A DNA stretch of 64,000 nucleotides. It comes from a virus. The stretch is taken from positions 1 to 64,000 of the IMG/VR virus record IMGVR_UViG_3300021185_003284. One strand, written 5' to 3'. The notes beneath the pieces are model-generated. The model did not search any database. It saw only the letters and a program-made list of their open reading frames with translations, and was not told the origin of the DNA. Position numbers and translations under genes: made by a program. How positions within the stretch are numbered: position 1 is the stretch's first letter; each line of letters starts with the position of its first letter. Of the stretch, positions 63,610 to 64,000 are shown piece by piece.

Positions 63610-64000
63610 TAAAAATTATATGGACATACGATAAAAATGTATTTCACGATGAGGGTACCATTAAAAATAATAAAGCTTACTATAAAAGATCTATTATAGA
63701 TGCTAAAATATTTGGACATCCAACAGAAATGTACTCTAATGATAGAGATTTTGAACACCTAGTAGATACTTTTCATTATGTAGATACACCAGTAATGTTC
63801 TGGGATGAATTTAAATCATTTCCTCTTCATGATAATAAAAGTGATTTTCTACTATCAGATGGTGATATAATTTGGCACCAAGGCTTCAAAGTAAATAAAA
63901 ATGTTGATGTTTTAATTGATAGTTATGAAGACTTTAATTGGAAATCACTTTACGAAATAGATGTTAATACATTATCTTATTTAGAAATTAATAAGGTTAT
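63606..64000 (+). CDS. partial ORF, possibly a nucleotide-sugar transferase-like protein
   Basis: MIKIIWTY...FWDEFK...LLSDGDII; runs off the window end. Confidence 0.55.
   Translation, partial: MIKIIWTYDKNVFHDEGTIKNNKAYYKRSIIDAKIFGHPTEMYSNDRDFEHLVDTFHYVDTPVMFWDEFKSFPLHDNKSDFLLSDGDIIWHQGFKVNKNVDVLIDSYEDFNWKSLYEIDVNTLSYLEINKV

Noticed and set aside
4262-63758. All minus-strand ORFs and nested plus-strand ORFs (e.g. 751, 11122, 30017, 38690)
   Set aside because: They shadow well-supported + strand genes and show no motifs
1-64000. Bacterial chromosome origin (groEL, metK, apt, que genes)
   Set aside because: Single-strand dense layout, fibre, lysin, PolA lacking a 5'-3' exonuclease, many small unknown ORFs and non-bacterial gene order indicate a phage
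1-64000. Stop-codon reassignment as in some large Bacteroidota phages
   Set aside because: Conserved genes are intact under code 11, and TAG and TGA terminate recognisable proteins at their expected ends

Overview
This window is a 64-kb, AT-rich, gene-dense segment of a large dsDNA tailed phage. All credible genes are on the + strand and use the standard genetic code. The host is very probably a Bacteroidota (Flavobacteriia) bacterium: there are 17 copies of a TTG-N20-TATMTT promoter resembling the Bacteroidota -33/-7 consensus, no Shine-Dalgarno motifs, signal peptides followed by Gln, and a Flavobacteria-type tRNA-Ala. Contents in order: (1) a complete 7-deazaguanine DNA-modification pathway (queC, queD, queE, folE, queF, a TGT-like DpdA, a PurN-like formyltransferase, plus PRTase, MazG-like and kinase genes), with two preQ1-I-riboswitch-like leaders; (2) a family A DNA polymerase with an L762-type motif B and a ~95-aa insertion; (3) Hsp20/GroES/GroEL chaperones; (4) an apt-mtnN-metK SAM-recycling module; (5) an outer-membrane/surface cassette with CsgG-like, cohesin/dockerin-like, T9SS-CTD-like and beta-barrel proteins; (6) a lysis cassette; (7) a glycosylation/sulfation cluster; (8) recombination genes; (9) an unusual ATP-grasp-like protein fused to three tandem Hint domains separated by 2- and 5-residue linkers, followed by oxygenases and a sulfotransferase-like gene. 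Many of the tailoring enzymes share a C-terminal di-aliphatic (II/LL/LI) end. All functional calls come from reading motifs by eye; no database searches were run.
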